Below are positions 12,701 through 27,700 of a stretch of 64,000 nt of DNA, piece by piece; position 1 is the stretch's first letter, and each line of letters opens with the position of its first letter. The notes under the pieces are model-generated. The model had not been told where the DNA came from, ran no database searches, and was given only the letters and a program-made list of their open reading frames with translations. The stretch is from Antedon mediterranea (lineage: Eukaryota; Animalia; Echinodermata). A program made the position numbers and the translations under genes. The DNA lies in the NCBI RefSeq assembly GCF_964355755.1, contig NC_092672.1, forward strand, positions 12,214,001-12,278,000, given 5' to 3'.

Positions 12701-15700
12701 TTTAGTTCGACGGGATATTTCAAGCTGTTAAAAAAGATGTATTGATTTGTTGAATTATTTAACATATTCTATCTCACACTGCTTACGTCTACGTATATTC
12801 ATTACTGTACATTTATTTGGTGAATATAATGTATCATTTAATTTTTCAAATCTTTCACAGAATTACAAATACCCGTTGGGCAACCTAGATACCAAAACAT
12901 TAAAAACTGTAAAACAAAATAGCCTCTATATTAATTTAAATTATATTATTATAAAATTATTTGTTGTTTTATTGTCTAAGTTACTTTTATTCTAAGAATC
13001 TTAAATGAATACATATTATTAGAATACATAAATTATGTTGTAATCACAGCTAGTATTATTATCCATCTGTGTAGTCATGATTAGACGTACTTAGCTCTCA
13101 CTACTGCTATAACTGATTGAATGTTTAGGAGTCCAAATTTCTACATGCAGAGAATGATCGGAAATAATTGATAATTTGATATTTGTTTAAAATCTTTCTA
13201 AAGACATGCTAGCTAATCAACAGAAATAATAAATATTCAAATTATGGTAAATAATGAGTTAAATAAATGTTCGTACCTTCAACGCATACTTGTTTTCATT
13301 TTGATGGTCGATTTCCACGGGACCTAAACGAACCTCATGATCTCCAAAGTCAAAATCACTACGATTTTGAAATACAACTGGGTCCCGTCCTCTACCTTTA
13401 AGTTCCACCAGGTTCAGAAATGCAACAACCAATGTATTGTACACAGAATCAGGAAGGAAGTCTGTAGGTGTAAGATAAAGTGATACCTTCTGTTTCTTGT
13501 CCATTTCAACTTTAAGGCTTTCATCCTTAATTTTCATCCGACATGGAACCAGGAACATCCGGTTATCTTCGCTTTCATGCTAATGTAAAATAAGTATTTG
13601 TAGTGTTATGAACAATATAATATATAACATCGAACAATATTACTAAAATTATCTCAGATTTAGTTAAGAGCAAATTTGTTCAACTTACTTCTAATTTCTC
13701 ATAGAGCAAACCAAATGTTTTCATCACTTCAGTAAAAATATCAAAACGATTTGGATCTTCTTCTAATTCTCTTTTCCATAAATGCCGTAGCAATTTTTCC
13801 TCAAGTATCCCTTCCTTGTTAAGCTTTTTCCAAAGATTTCTTAGTTCTTTCTGTTACCAAATAATAGAGAAAAAACTAATGAATAATAACTTATACATGC
13901 ACTATAAAACTGCAATATATTTCATCAAAACAACTAAACAGTTTTATATTCACATTGTTTTGTAACAATTATTTTGTTAACCATATCTACTTACCACTTT
14001 TATAACTGGTCGTTTTACTGTGATCACTTTTGTCACTATTTCAAGCATCATGTAAAGATTTGTTATCACTGTGTTTCTTAATTTCTTGTTAGTACTTGAA
14101 TACATGATAACTCCAATGTCATTCAGATACGCTATGGCAGTAGATAGCCCGTCTTTTGAAATTCCACATTGAGTGCCGATTTTAGATGTCTAATGCAAAT
14201 TAATAAGAAAATAGAGTGTACTGAATTTGATGATTAAGTATTGTTATTTTCTTTTAAAATAATTGTAAAGATTTATTTTTGAATACACATTTTAGAAAGG
14301 GCATTGTCCGGAAGCCCTATTTCTGGTAAAATGTTACTGTTTCATTGCATTTTTAATCGCGTGGACGCGACTCTATAGTTCCCTATGTCGGTCGGTCGGT
14401 CGGTCGGTCTGTCGGTCGGTCCGGTATCACTATGCGTTTTATCGCTTTTCTGTACTTTTTGAACTGTTTTGATGTACAGAAAAGTTTTAAAGTACATTAC
14501 TTTTTGAAAGTTCATTTTTTTCTGAGAGCACGCGACTTATGGCTGTTGGCCTTGTTTATATTTATTTTACGTTATTTTTGTTCATTTTTTTAGGATAGTA
14601 AATAACTTTATTAACATTACGAAATAACCAATTCAATGTTTGATTTTATCAATAATCTGAGTTGTTCATGTTTTGCGAGAACAACTAAAACAAGAAAAAT
14701 AGTACAATAATGATGAAGATTTCCAAATACTAAAAAAATGACAAGACATCTATATTGACTATTGTAATATTAATTCAAATCGCTGGCTGAACAAAGAACT
14801 TGTCAATATTACATTGTAGACAGAAATGTGAACTTCAAATTATGACGTTATACATTATAATTGTTACCGTATAGTACACTATTTTAATAAGATAATAACA
14901 TTTTTTACCAGCGTTCATACTCTATAATGTTTTATGTGTTTACAGACGTTACAACATACAATTCACGGTTATACATTAAAAACCAAAATCTTACTTCAGT
15001 AAAAGTAATACACAGTGTTGTTTTTCCAATTCCTTGCAACTGTTCTTGCAAATCCCCCCATTTTAATGGAATACTTCTCACCATGGCCTTCATGTAACGA
15101 CCAACGTTTCTCCTTAGTTGTTTAATACCTTCATGCGATTTTACAGTGTTATCAACCATGTACATCTCACGATCTACATGATCGGCATATGGCATTCCTT
15201 CCATATTTTCAAACATTTTACGAAACTTATCCTCCACTTCCTTTAATAAAAAGTGTTTTCATAATTACATGCTATAACAACAACAAGAATGTAATTATTC
15301 TTACAAACTGTTATTTCATATTCTGATTTGAATAAGTATAACCGATAATTAAACTTAATACACGATTTAATTTGAGGACCGTAGGCTACGCTATTTATAT
15401 TTCATCACTGTATCGGTTTTAACTAATTCAGCCCTAATATCCTGTCCGTGTATACCACATACCGTTGCAAAATTGTAAGCTTATTTAATGTTAATGTACG
15501 TCTGTTACCTTGATCCAATTTTTTGATTTTGAATTTTTACGAAATGTGTCCATATGTGTAGCAACCAAACAGATAGGAGGTGACTCGATGATCTTGCCAT
15601 CAATTTCAATGGGACTTCCTGGACCATGTTGTTTCACAGTATGTTCATAAATGGACCTTATCCAGAACATATTCATTTCCAAATTAGTCATTCCTAGTAA

Positions 15701-18700
15701 ACTCTAAAATCATAAATAGATGCAATCTTACAAATTAAGCTAAAAATATTCTAAATATTAAACATTATTAGCAAATACAACGAACAATATGTGAGAAAAA
15801 CATATAATTGTCTACCAGTTTCCAGGAAGGTTCAAGAAGTCGGCAAATATACCACTTTCATCTAACGCCCGTATTCTTAAACCTGACTTTAGTCGTAGTA
15901 CGAGCTAAAACTAAAAAAATGACGTCATTTTAATTCATAAACCGAACTTCAACTAAATCACCGACTAAATCAGGCCAACCTCGACTAAATCGAGACGGAT
16001 TTTGATCGATTTTTTTAGTCCTGGAGGGGCAGGCTAAATTGTCGACTAAATGGTTTTTAAACGATGTTTATAAAAAACGTAACAGTCACTGAGTTGTTAT
16101 ATTGGCCAGATATTGAAGAATGAAATATCTATATTTATATTAGCTTAATTAAATATACATTGGTATAAGTTATAATAATGAAAATCATCTTTATTTACAA
16201 CTGTATACAAATTACATTATTTTCTTCGCGCAAGTCCGACTTGAACTACGTCACGCCATAGCGACAATGGGAGATGCGGCAATTCACCACGCGATGGAAT
16301 GTTTGGGAAATATGACCGTTATCGCGAAATTTTCGACTTCGCATGACGTCATTAATTTTAGAAGCCCTCTCTCGGCACAGAGGCATCAACGTTTCGCGCG
16401 AAAACATTAGCATAAAGTATACGTCATTTTATAGCTGTTTAATAAAAATTAATAGGCGAAAAATTAACCATATATGGTAAGATCAGTTCCTTATTATGTT
16501 TAAGATGTCGCTGGTCACCTAATTTTCGAAATAATTTGTTGGATTTGTTGTCAGTGACAGTTTCTTTCCAAAGTTCGTGTGCAGCCGTCAAAGCTGAAGT
16601 TTTCTAACTTGTGTTTGTTTACAAATTTTCCATTAGTGGGATTTGCATCCCATACAGTGAATTACCAAAAAATCGGCGTATATGGATAGAGTAAGTATCA
16701 ATAGTCTGTTTTACGTTAAAATTGGCTTGAAACCCTATTTAAGCTTCCTACAGCGAACATTTTAAAAAAGGTCCTCATTTCACATAATTGTTACGTCTCG
16801 CGGCACTAGTTCCGTCGTGTGTGGTGCATGGTGTGTTGATTGTGGTTGTTGCAGGTGTGGGTGTGTGCACAACCTGGTGGATCGTTGTCGTAATATCGGC
16901 CTAGGCTTAGCCTTAGTAACATGTTGATAATTAAAATACTTTAGTTACAATTTAGTATTATTAAAGTTTCGTTAATCCTACTCTATATTGAAGATGCGTT
17001 GGGAAGGTTTTAAAAAGATAATTAAGCCAATCGCAGCCTGACATATAGTTAAATATCCTAATTATTGGCAACTGATGGGTACAATTTATTTACTGTATTA
17101 ATAATTATACAATAAATATACAGACACAAGGAAGTTTTGTGTTTAGTGCTTTTTTATGGTAGGCCTACAGTACAGTCATATTTTATCTGAATATGTTTTC
17201 AGGTTGTGGAATAATTATATAATTATACAGTATTTAAGAAAATGTTTTCGTCATAGTGACAATTATTTAAATAGTTCTTTACATTTCAGCTATTCATTTT
17301 CATTTCAGGTTTTTTGTTGGTATCAAGATTTTCTATCTCGTTCTTCAATATGAGGTTGAAAGTGGTTTTCTCGATTTCAATATCATTGCTGATAGTTTTT
17401 CATTTTATTCGCTAATATAACATATAAATTTATATTCATTTAAGTTGTAGAAGTGTTTCAGATCAGTAAATTTTTATAAAGATATAAATTAAGTTGCAAT
17501 TGATTGATTTATTTACTTTATTAACCAGAGTCGCACAGATGCATACAATATAAACATAAAACAATCATAAAATCAGTACAACAGTAAGACTCAAGTAAAA
17601 ATGATATCTCAAAAAGTACATATGGTGGCATATTTTATATTTACAGTATTAGGCCTAGCTAGTTTGTTATGTCTGATGAACAAGGTGCTATTAGAAGTTT
17701 TTATATACAGTAGTATTTACTATTTGTATCAGTAATTGTTTGAAAGGTTGTATTTGTTCACATTCTGTATAAGTATACATAAAAAGAAAAAATGTATTGC
17801 TTGTGTGAAATGTAAGTTGTATCTAATAAAGTAATGTAAAGTGTAACATTTACTGCCAGATATTGATATACTTATAAGTACCAACCAATTAACAATACTC
17901 AAGTAAATGATGGGCTAATAATTATCTTTTTTAAAAACATGACCATATAAAAATACATGGTTGAGTCTCTCAAACAAAAGATGCCTGATTTTATAAATAA
18001 CATTCCCCACCATATTTATATATAAATTGAAAATGGGTTATCTTTTGGCACTTTGTTTTTCAATTTATTGTTTTTTAACAGTGTTTGTAATTTTTTTCTG
18101 GGCCTAGGTTCTTCTTCAGGCTTCTTCTTGCTTGGTATATGAGCTGGGATAGACCTACCAGCCTAGATTATGGAATACCCAGATTATGTCTACTTCTACT
18201 CCAGCTACTATAGGCCCTACTATAACACAAACTACTATCAGAATTACCTAGCCTAACTAGGCCTAGAAAATACTATTTTTAGGCCTAGCTAGGCTAGAAG
18301 TTAAGTAAGTAATTATAGTAGCTAGTCTAAGTAGGCCTTTCCTAGCTCAGAAACCAAATAGAACAATAATCGGGCAGCAGATTGAAACCTTAGGCCTGTG
18401 ACGCAGTACGCCTGCATGAACAACCGGATTAAACAGGGACACGATTCGGTCCGGGTCGATTCGTACCAGCTTCGTAAAACGTAAACAAAGTTTCAAAATG
18501 GCGGTTTTTCTATCGTAACTGAACAGAAATGTAGTAGGTTTGGTTTGATTAGTGGGAGTTGCATCCCAAGAAAGCTTAACATTAGATTTTTATTTTAATA
18601 GATAGCTTAATAGTTTATCTTGAAAGGATTTTAAATTCGCTTTGAAACCTTATCTAGAAAATATGAAATTTAATGATTTTTTACCATCATTTAAAAAAAA

Positions 18701-21700
18701 ATATAAATAAAAAAGTTTTTACACAAAATAATGATATTTCTCGAAACAAAAAAACTGTGGAATTTAGATCACAGTTTTTATCATTATTTACGCTTGCAGT
18801 TCAACTATTGAAATACGTTTATTGATTTCATCTAATATCAAAATTATACAATTTTCAAAGTGTACTAAAATAGCAAAAATTCTAACATTTTCCACAAAGC
18901 GCGCCCTCACAATGAATGAAATCAGTGATGCGTTACCAACGCGGCTTTCCGACTGTTTAGGGGGCCTAGCGCTTTCTTGTCACACTAGGAAGTGCGTGGT
19001 TCGTCGCGATCATACTTTGTTGGAGGCCTAGAAAATATGAAAGTTACCGTACCGCCATGGTTCCTAAATATATTTTGAAGATTTTGTTTGTTGTTAATCA
19101 AAAGTACTTCACTGTTAAATTAATACTGATCTTTTTCTACTAATTAACGATTAAAATTATTTTTCATGTATATAGTCCTGATGCGTAAAAAGTTTTGTAA
19201 GAAAATGGAAAGTGATATCAATGCGCAAAATTTCGTCTGCTCCTCAAATACTCTCTTGTCATTGGCCAATGTTTAGCCTTTGTTACCCAGACGTGTGCAA
19301 CTCGACTAAAAACTCGACTTCATTAAGTCGAACTGCAAACTTCGACTACTTCGATTTTGAATCGAATTTGAAGTAATAGCTCGAACTACGACTTTTTCAA
19401 GTCGAACTTTGAACTACGACTAAAGTCCGGTTTAAGAATACGGGCGTAAGTGTGTAACTGTATACAAATACTCTAGTGTATAATGTTAAAGTATAAAAAC
19501 CTATATCAAAATTAATTAAAAATAATAATATTGATGTCATTGTACTAGATTTACTAGGCCTAAATAAAAAAGGATAAAAATAAAATCATGCATTTACAAA
19601 TACAATTTATAGTCCATGGGCCGGAGGGGGTTACCGTGCACTCCCACCCCCCCCCCCCCCCCCACAGTTAAACTTCTTTGGTATCATTTTCTTTCCACGG
19701 ACATATAGAGTGAAAAAATCGATGTTAACAAGAAAAATATAGGGATGCATTGTATGTACTTGCGTCATTTGTAATGATCATCAGTGTTTTATCTTCTTCT
19801 TCTGGGGTAGGGGGTAACAATTATCTCAATAACCCAAGAATCCAACACCTAATTAGTATTATCTTGGTACCATTGTGTAGCATACATCTTTTAAAATCTT
19901 ATAAAATTTAAATAAAATTTATCGGACTATTAGTAGGGTCAGTAGAGGTCAAAAGGTCATTGACCTTTTACAAAAATGCACATTTTTGCTAAAATATAGA
20001 TAAATTTCAACATAGTATCTATAATTTTCAATATGTTTTATCTTAATTGTGTTTTACTTGTGCTTACTGACATATTGAATAAGAAAATATATGTTAACAA
20101 GATTAAAATTGCAGTTCATTATACACAAATTATCATTTTTTATTCTTAAAAATTGCAATAAAAATACATTTTTTGGGGTAGGGTGTAACATTAATAGCAA
20201 TAACCCAAGAATCAAACATCTAATTAGTATGATCTTGGTGTCGTTGTGTAGCATTCGTGTTTTTTAATCATATAGAATTTTAATAAAATTAATTGAACCA
20301 TGTTTAAGGTCAGTAGAGGTCAGAAAAGTCACTGACCTTTTGCAAAATTGCAAATATTTGCCATAATGAGATACATTTCAATATCAAATCTCCAATTTTT
20401 TCAATACTTTTCATTTTAATTGTGTTTTATTTGTGTTTACTGACATTGAATAACAAAATGTGTGTTAACATTAAAAAAATTGCAGTGCATTAATACCATT
20501 GTAATGTAATTTTATTATTCTTCAAAATTGCAATAGAAAGACATTTTTCGGGTAGGGGGTAGCATTAATACCAATAACCCAAGAATCAAACATCTAATTA
20601 GTACGATCTTGGTATCGATGTGTAGTATATATGTTTTCTTAATCATTTTTTATTGCAATTTATCTATATTTTGGGAAAAATTTGCATTTTGCAAAAGGTC
20701 AATGACCTCTTGACCTCTACTGACCTTAATAATCTTCCGATTAATTTTATTTAAATTTTAAAAGATTTTAAAAGATATATACTACACAATGTTACTAAGA
20801 TAATACTAATTAGATGTTGGATTCTTGAGTTATTTGAAGATAAAACACTGATGATCATTACAAATGACGCAAGTACATACAATGCATCCCTATATTTTTC
20901 TTGTTAACATCGATTTGTTTACTCTATATGTCCATGGAAAGAAAATGATACCAAAGAAGTTTAACTGTGGGGGGGGGGGGGGTGCACGGTAACCCCCTCC
21001 AGCCCATGGACTATTAGTTTATGTTTCGGCTATAGCTACAATTAGGTAAGTAAAATTATTTCTTAATGAAGATGGAAGTGCATCCCATAAACAACATAAT
21101 GAATTAACAATAATAGTCGTGAACTTACTGTGGTTAAATCTCGCGGATTAGCTGGTTCATCCAAGTTAGCACACGCTCGTGATGTAGCTGGTTCATCCAA
21201 GTTATCACATGCATTAAACGCAACACAGTACGATACTCTATTTGTGAGAAAGAACTAAACAAACCAAAGTTGATAATAATAACTGTTTTTCTATACTCCA
21301 ATAAATTCATCGGGGATGTCTTAGTCAATACATGTATACCATTTAAGCAAACATGTTATACTACCAAAACGTACTATCACTATGATCAATCCTATTATTT
21401 TCTTTAACTTATGAAATAAAAGCATGGACAAAAGCAATGTCTAATTTAAATATGAATCAAATTCAACTTAAAATAGCATTTAAACATATACGTGAATAAG
21501 CAAATGAAAAGAATGAAAGCCATTTCAGTTTATTTAGTGCGTAATCTTTAAGTTTGTGAGCATGAGGAAATACATATATTTTCATATGTCTAAGACAATT
21601 TTACAGAATAATAAACAACAAGATACGAACATACCCTATGCGTTATGTAGTAGTCCAGTTGACCTGCGTAGTCCCATATAGTAGTTACGTCACTTGAAAT

Positions 21701-24700
21701 ACTTTCTGAATCATCATTTTTTCTTTTTACAAATTTCCTATACATTTTTCTCAGCCAGCTTTTTTTCTGTCTCTTCTTTTTTATTTTAGCAACAACTTTT
21801 CTTTGAATTGAGTCGGGAAGAATTGTCTGATTATCTTTTGGTTGACTCTCTAAATTCAAATAATTACTACAATTCAATGGAGTGGATGTTGACAGATGTA
21901 TCAATTAAAAAGAAATTAGATATGCATGTATTGCATTGGATAAATTGACTTATCTGATTTGTTGTGACACTCAGTGGGTAGGCATAGTGATATATTATGT
22001 ATATCAAGTAAGTGTACAACAAAATGGATAAAAATCAGTCAGAATGATTTACAGAATATTTGGAGATTAGTGGGGTGAACGGGTTGCGAATATTATTGAT
22101 TGCTCAGTTGTAATATCATTGTAAAATTTGCATTGTATTAAATATATGTGATATTGTATGACCAATGAAGGAAATATCACGGTTGGTGTGAACAACATTT
22201 TTCTTTAGGAATAACTATTTCAAGATTGTTTCAAAATAAATGTGACATTAAATATGAAGAAAATTGTCTAACCTTTTCCGGTGGATTCCATTGTCAATAA
22301 CCTGTATTCAGGCTCTTTGGAATCCGATGTAGAAGCCACGGCTACAGGAACTTTTTTTGTTCTTTCTTTCATCTTTGAAGTGATTTCCTCCACTACAGCG
22401 TGTTTACATATTTGCTGGGTTTGCTTGAATCTCACGTTTTCTGCCGACGAAAATGTATAACTAAACATATCAATTTGATCCTATTAAATTTACCTTACCT
22501 TATATTCGGGCCGAGTGTCCTATTAAGTTTAGTACAATTAAATTCAGTGTAAACTGCAGTGCGCCCAGCTTTCACGCTCCAGCAGACTTCGCACGCGAGT
22601 TGCAGTTCTTTACCACTTGAAGATTTGGGCGCTTCCATTATTTATAGGGTAGTCACATTATATCGGTGCTCATGTAAACGAGATTAGATAATTCAAACAC
22701 AAATGTAATAGTACAGTGTTTTTAATGCATATCCTGTACAGATGGTAAATATGTGTTAAATGTTGTTACACAGAACCCTATGTGCACTAATAGTGTTACG
22801 ATTTCAATATGATATAATGGAAGTTACCAGGCATATGTCTGTACATCTAATCACACAGCAAAACCATGCGGATCTGTCTCGCTAGTCAATTTGCATTGAA
22901 ATAGCATGTTTGTTTAATTATATAAAACAAAATTAGACTTTTTAGTTTCCTCTATATTTTGACTTTAAAATTATATGTTATTTTAAATGTTCATTAGATG
23001 TGATAGTTGTATAGCCAATATTTATAATCTAGTCGCTCCTATCCTTTTTACAGGCTTCTAAAATCCTATTCATTAAATCATGTACAGTATACAAAAAAGG
23101 TTTTTCCGACGTCGTTTCTCAACCAATAGAAATAAGTTTTATATCATTTTCATAATATTCATTTAGAAATCTAATTCCGCTTCAAACAGTGAAATCCCAA
23201 AGTTTTCCAATTACAATGCTTTAAAATACATGCACTCTACGAAGTAGGGGTGGCTACACTGTAAACGGCAGCAACATTGTGATTAAAAACTGGATTTTCC
23301 AATGAGATAACACGATGTAAGTGATGTGATTTATGAGATAAGATGAAGCTTTCATTTCTATATATGTTACCGTTTCAACCAGGTAAATCCGACCGAATTT
23401 TGCAAGTATATAAAATAAAAAAATTATTGTATACTAGATCACAGGACAATTATTTATTTCCCGGTATAAAATTCACTGTTGATACTAGTAGCACTATTAA
23501 TAATTCGCAACTTTTGCTTCATAAAACATGCAACAGTTATTAATTTGCGTCAGCATGTTTAATACACTACATTATTATTATTTACATTAAGTTGGTTTAT
23601 TTACCCTTCACAAACCCTAAATAATTATCTATAATAATAACTTTTTATTTTCATTTTTTTTTTCAAATTAATCTGTTGCTATCATTCGCGTGATGTCATA
23701 GTATAAAGTGATTAAAATGCGACGACCGAACATTATTTATGCAAAATTGTCAGATGCATGATCGTCAATACTTTATACTGATGTTTATTCGAACACATTA
23801 ATAAATAATAAAACTAGAATTTAATTCGTCACTTTGACGAATTATAGGTGATAATTTTTATCATTTTAATGAAATTAATATTTTTTAAACATGCACGTAT
23901 GTTAACATACGATCGGAAAATGTTGATTTATACCATCCTATTATATGCTTATAGTGCTGAGTTTTGCCTATTATATGCAATATACATTATGTACAGTATT
24001 ATACTGTATATCTATATTCAGTGTAGCATAGGTGAAATTATGGGACCCACATCATGTTCTATTTTTTTGGTATGATGGAATTATCAAATTAAACTCGAAG
24101 ATGACAATTTCGAAAGATAATTAATTGAGCAAATAAATATAAGGATTGGAAGAGAATTTGACACGTAGAAGCGCAATGCGCGCTCTTTGAAATTTGTATA
24201 ACTTCGACTAAAGAAATTTAAAAACAACGTTTTAACTTCAACTAGCCATATGATAACATCACAACATCCGATAGGCTTAATTTTTATATGAATTCATATC
24301 TACATTTTATCAGCTTTCATAATAAATTATAATCATCAAGGTCACATTTAATTCGGAAGAGCTGTAAGATATTCAAATGTACGGTGTAGGTGAAATTACA
24401 CGACCTACGTTATTCAAGTTTTTACGGGTGATGACGTCATCAAAATGAAAATGTTGACAACTCCTGAGAAAGATAATTAAATGAGCAATCATATACAAAA
24501 AATTTAGCGAAAATCGGGCACAAAATAACCGAGATGCGCTCAGTTGAATGTGATAATCTATGACAAAAGAGAAAAAAACCTAATTTTTAAATTCGAGTGG
24601 CCATTTGGTGACCTCACAACATTTTGTACGTCAAATGTGTACATGAATTTATATCTAGAACTTAATGGCTTCCAGAATAATTAATAAAAATTGGGGGTCA

Positions 24701-27700
24701 TCGTGCATTCTGAAGAATGATTTTCATTTAAAAAATGCCTTATTTTTCATCATTTTCAGCACTTTTATGCAGTTAATATGCGCATTTTGTCATTTTTAAC
24801 ATGCTCGTATAGCGTTATTTTAAGTCGGAACGAACTCAAATTCGGTGAATGTACTAAGAATGGTGAGTAGAATGGGATTTCTACAAAAAATTTGTATTTT
24901 TACCCTTTTTAAGAATCGCGTGCTCAAAAACGCATTTTTGCGCAGTAATTTTTTGAAACACGCAAATGGCCTAAATTGATTAAAACTTGATTTTGAGCTT
25001 TTTAAATTTTGAACGCGCGATTTTACGCGCATGACCCTACGTGCGCGTGCGTTTTTACTTGCCAATATTTTTACCCTTGACCTGAAGTTTACGTGTAATA
25101 AATTTCATTAATATGTGATAAAGAATTATGGAGATATGATTGATAATGTGATTTCACAAAATGGCGTATAAATGACGTCACGGATGAGTGATCACGCTGA
25201 AAAGCTTATTAGGACTAAGTTAAAGTATTTGAAAGACATTGTGAAATTTTGGTAATCATTGACATTAAACTTTTTTAGATATTTGTTACACAAAATAGTG
25301 CCCAGAAACAATAATAACAATAAAGATTTGATACAATAACAATAGGTGATCATTTTATTCTAAATGATCGCCTAATAATCAAACCTTCCACTGAAGACAT
25401 AGAGTCAGAGGATATAGAACATTCGGAATCAGATATCGGTGAAGTTGAAACTGCATCATGTAAATGGAATTTGATTTCAGTTGACGTCATTGTTTCCACC
25501 TCTGTTGTGATTTGTTCAGGCGTTTTCGGGGATGTTCCTGCAATTCATTCAAATATATTTTTCAGACAAGTATGTAAATATATTAAGATGGCTATAATGT
25601 CACTATTAAGTCTGTTTCTTAACTTGGTTGCATTATATATCACCAATACACTTTGTTTAGTATTAAAAATACCCTTATAGTAATAAAAAATGTGGTTAAT
25701 ATTCATCATACCTGTTTTGTCTAGATCCAAGGAGGAGATTGCTGATGATTCCTGTATGGAATCAGATTTAGATGTTGACATATCTGTCCTTCCTTCACCT
25801 TCATGCATTTGTTCCTTTGTTACCTGTGTTGCAATTTTTTCTGCAAGTGTATCTTCCCGTATTTTCTTGTTAAGCTCTATAACTGTAAAAAAAAAGGTAA
25901 GTTGAAATAAGGTTGAACGGTACACATCATAGAGATAAATTAAAAGATTAAAATTAAAGAAATAAGATATATCATCAAATCATCATAATCACCTGTAAAT
26001 AACATACATATATGTATGTCATTTATAGACCAAATTATAGACCAAAATGAATTTTTATGTATCTAATAAAAATATTATTTCCAATGTACCTTACTGGTAC
26101 GATTTTACCTTTATTACTATTTTTATATAGATACTATTTAAATTGTATACACAAATGGGCCAAAGCAGGCATTAATGCGCATGTTGAAGGAAGAAGAAAG
26201 AAAGAGTTTCAGCACACTTTGAACGAAAAGTTAATGTGTCATTTGGTATGGTTGAATTCTTATTTTCAAACTTACCATCGATATCTTCCTTCTTCCACTT
26301 GTCACAGTCTTTTCCAATTGCTTGAAACAATGTCGTTGTAATAGCAATACCATCAGTAGAGGGTTCGTTGGATTTAAATCTATAATAATAAATAATGAAC
26401 TCCAAAAGGTTTAATGAAAGTAGAATATATCCAATAGTTCCTCTTAAAATATTAATATATTTCGAATAAAAACAAAGTGAAGATCACAAGTAAATTAATG
26501 AGCATATGCTTCATACTTCTTAGAGATATTTGAAACAAACTTGAAACTTCAGCAGCAGCATTTGCATCAGCATCGTGGTCGTCGTTCTCGCCGTCACCAT
26601 CACCCTCAATGTCACCGTTATCATCATCATCATCAATCGCCATTATAATCACCATCATTATTATTATTCGAAAAGGAATGACAACCCAAAACTTCAGGTA
26701 TCAACTATATATAATAAGAACCTCACTAATGTCAATTTCTGTATTTTAATGAATAATTATATATTTGAACACAAATAAGCACTTTATCTATTGTAATGGT
26801 AATGAACTCCAAAAGGTCGGATATAAAGAAAATAGAATGTATCCAATAGTTCATCTTAAAATATGAATATATTTAAAATAAAAACGAAGTAAAGATCACA
26901 AGTAAATAAGCAAATGCTTCATACTTCTTGGAGGTATTTAAAATAAACTGGAACCTTCAGCAGCAGAATTTGCATAAACAGCGTCGTCGTTCTCGCAGTC
27001 ACCATCACCATCATCTTTATAAGCATCAGCATCATCACCATCATCATCGCCATTATAATCATCATTATTATTCGAAAAGGAATGAAAACCCATTAATCAA
27101 AGATGAAACTTCAGGTATCATAAGAAGATAAAAACATCACTAATGCCAATTTCTGTATTTTTATGAATATTTATAGATTAAAATACTTAGCACCACACTT
27201 ACTATAAACAAGAAAACCAAGCAACTCTTTAAATGTTATCAGTTGCATTAGAGATACTTATGAAAAAAATATAAGGTTTTCAAAGAACAAAAGATTGATT
27301 TTAATATATATATCAGAAAATATTATTTTCTGATAAGGAATGTTATGCCATGACTATTATAGAGAACATGAATACACGATTAGAAATAAATGAGAACTCT
27401 ATTATATATAATATATTGTAATGGTAAAAACACCATTCAACTTGTATTACATGCTGTATATTGATGAAGACCATGTATATTTTATTGGTGCATCTTATAA
27501 AATAACTATGTTCTTTTGTTACCTTTGTCCAAGCATGGCCTTTACACAGCTAGTTTTTCCAGCACCTTCTTTCCCTAGAAACATACATCTTGAATTTACA
27601 ACTGCAATCTCACCATTTTCAAGTTCATTTTGAAATGATCTAATGGCGCTCTCACCTCTAGCTAATATTTCAACTGGAACTAAATTGCAATTAAAATAAG

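Noticed and set aside
16380-19245. Possible second element nested in the Harbinger-like element
   Set aside because: Internal repeats suggest it, but I could not identify matching termini or a TSD.
26452-27131. Poly-Asp and poly-His ORFs
   Set aside because: (CAT/GAT)n microsatellite within an intronic duplication. The flanking exons already join in phase without it.
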